Virus record (IMG/VR): IMGVR_UViG_3300009502_002970 | Location: 1 to 57,518 of that record | Source of the DNA: a virus | Taxonomy: Duplodnaviria > Caudoviricetes | Strand: one strand, 5' to 3' | Length of the DNA stretch: 57,518 nucleotides | Shown here: positions 56,931 to 57,518 of the stretch, one piece after another | How positions within the stretch are numbered: position 1 is the stretch's first letter | How the letters are laid out: every line of letters starts with the position of its first letter | Notes under the pieces: generated by a model | The model's input: the letters and a program-made list of their open reading frames with translations, nothing else | Database searches by the model: none | What the model was told of the DNA's origin: nothing | Position numbers and translations under genes: made by a program

Positions 56931-57274
56931 CAGAAACAAACTTTTTGGTTATTGAATTCAATGATCAGGCGAATATGGACTGTCCGTATTCTCCTGTTCT
57001 GCAGAATGATATTTCTTGTTGCATTGGCCCAGTGATGGGGGTCTTTGCCATTGGCCTGATTTGGGGAAGAGGATTCCCGGGTATCGAACACTATTTTACC
57101 ACTGCGGAATCCCACACATTTCCTTGCTCCTGCCACTTCTATGATCTCTCCTCCTGTACGGCGGATGCGATCAGCGGTGACAAATTTCATTTGGAACGGA
57201 ATGGGAAGGTTATTTGCATCCAGCCTGTTCATTTCGTCCAGTACGGTGGATAGCTGAATATAGGTTGTTTTCAT
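56930..57274 (-). CDS. Conserved small phage protein (unit 2)
   Basis: Start MKTTY supported by promoter spacing; paralogue of 14249-14590. Confidence 0.7.
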   Translation of the reverse strand: MKTTYIQLSTVLDEMNRLDANNLPIPFQMKFVTADRIRRTGGEIIEVAGARKCVGFRSGKIVFDTRESSSPNQANGKDPHHWANATRNIILQNRRIRTVHIRLIIEFNNQKVCF

Positions 57275-57314
57275 GCTGCAATGATATAACTCCAACCCAC
57301 TTTGATAAAGGACA
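57275..57314 (-). promoter_or_regulatory. Putative late promoter, leaderless
   Basis: TGTCCTTT-N20-TATCATTG, 40 nt before ATG 57274. Confidence 0.75.
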
Positions 57315-57334
57315 ATTTTTGCCTTTACGACAAT

Positions 57335-57366
57335 AAAAAAAGCGGTCAGGCCTTAGCCTGACCGCC
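57335..57366 (-). terminator. Rho-independent terminator
   Basis: gcggtcagg/cctgaccgc stem plus T7 on - strand. Confidence 0.85.
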
Positions 57367-57389
57367 GGATCACTTGATGAAGCCGAAGG

Positions 57390-57518
57390 TTAGAAAGTGA
57401 TCTTGTTCTCTACATCGGTGATGCTTGCATCGAACGATGATTTGAGAAAGTCAATGACCTTCTTGATTCCGGGAGTGAAGCTGGTGGTGAAGACGTTTCC
57501 GTCTGAATCGTTCAGCCT
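57390..57518 (-). CDS. 3' fragment of paralogue of 14791-15228 (truncated by window edge)
   Basis: RLNDSDGNVFTTSFTPGIKKVIDFLKSSFDASITDVENKITF*. Confidence 0.8.
   Translation of the reverse strand, partial: RLNDSDGNVFTTSFTPGIKKVIDFLKSSFDASITDVENKITF

Larger units (their letters stand above)
43116..57518 (-). mobile_element. Prophage-like unit 2 (diverged paralogue of unit 1 fibre-to-portal module; continues beyond window)
   Basis: Gene-for-gene counterpart of 1-15228 in the same order and orientation, offset ~42.7-43.4 kb. Confidence 0.9.

Noticed and set aside
43116-57518. Assembly duplication or circular overlap of unit 1
   Set aside because: Copies differ extensively at nucleotide and protein level and in one gene slot

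Overview
Bacteroidota-type tailed-phage (prophage-like) DNA, almost all on the - strand. Unit 1 (1 to ~41.2 kb) reads right to left as follows: divergent repressor/Cro-like pair; primase-less replicative helicase with origin-like repeats; small early genes; S49 protease; major capsid; two tail-tube-like paralogues; three glycosyltransferases; PLD-type nuclease; terminase; a ~9 kb accessory cassette (RadC/JAB, ParB, KilA-N, HTH); portal; DUF6712-like adaptor; neck/tail genes; tape measure; tail tip; and signal-peptide-bearing fibre-like genes. After a ~2 kb AT-rich spacer, a diverged colinear second copy of the fibre-to-portal module runs from 43.1 kb off the right edge. I recognise no integrase, transposase or endolysin in one full ~43 kb period. 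Main non-coding findings: (i) three long covarying hairpins in the accessory cassette with the geometry of single-stranded-DNA (Frpo-like) promoters, next to a putative packaging/genome-end signature; (ii) a TGTCCTTT-N20-TAnnWTTG late-promoter motif in 8 copies, six of them starting exactly 40 nt before an ATG, which suggests leaderless mRNAs. All functional calls are by-eye motif recognition; no database search was run.
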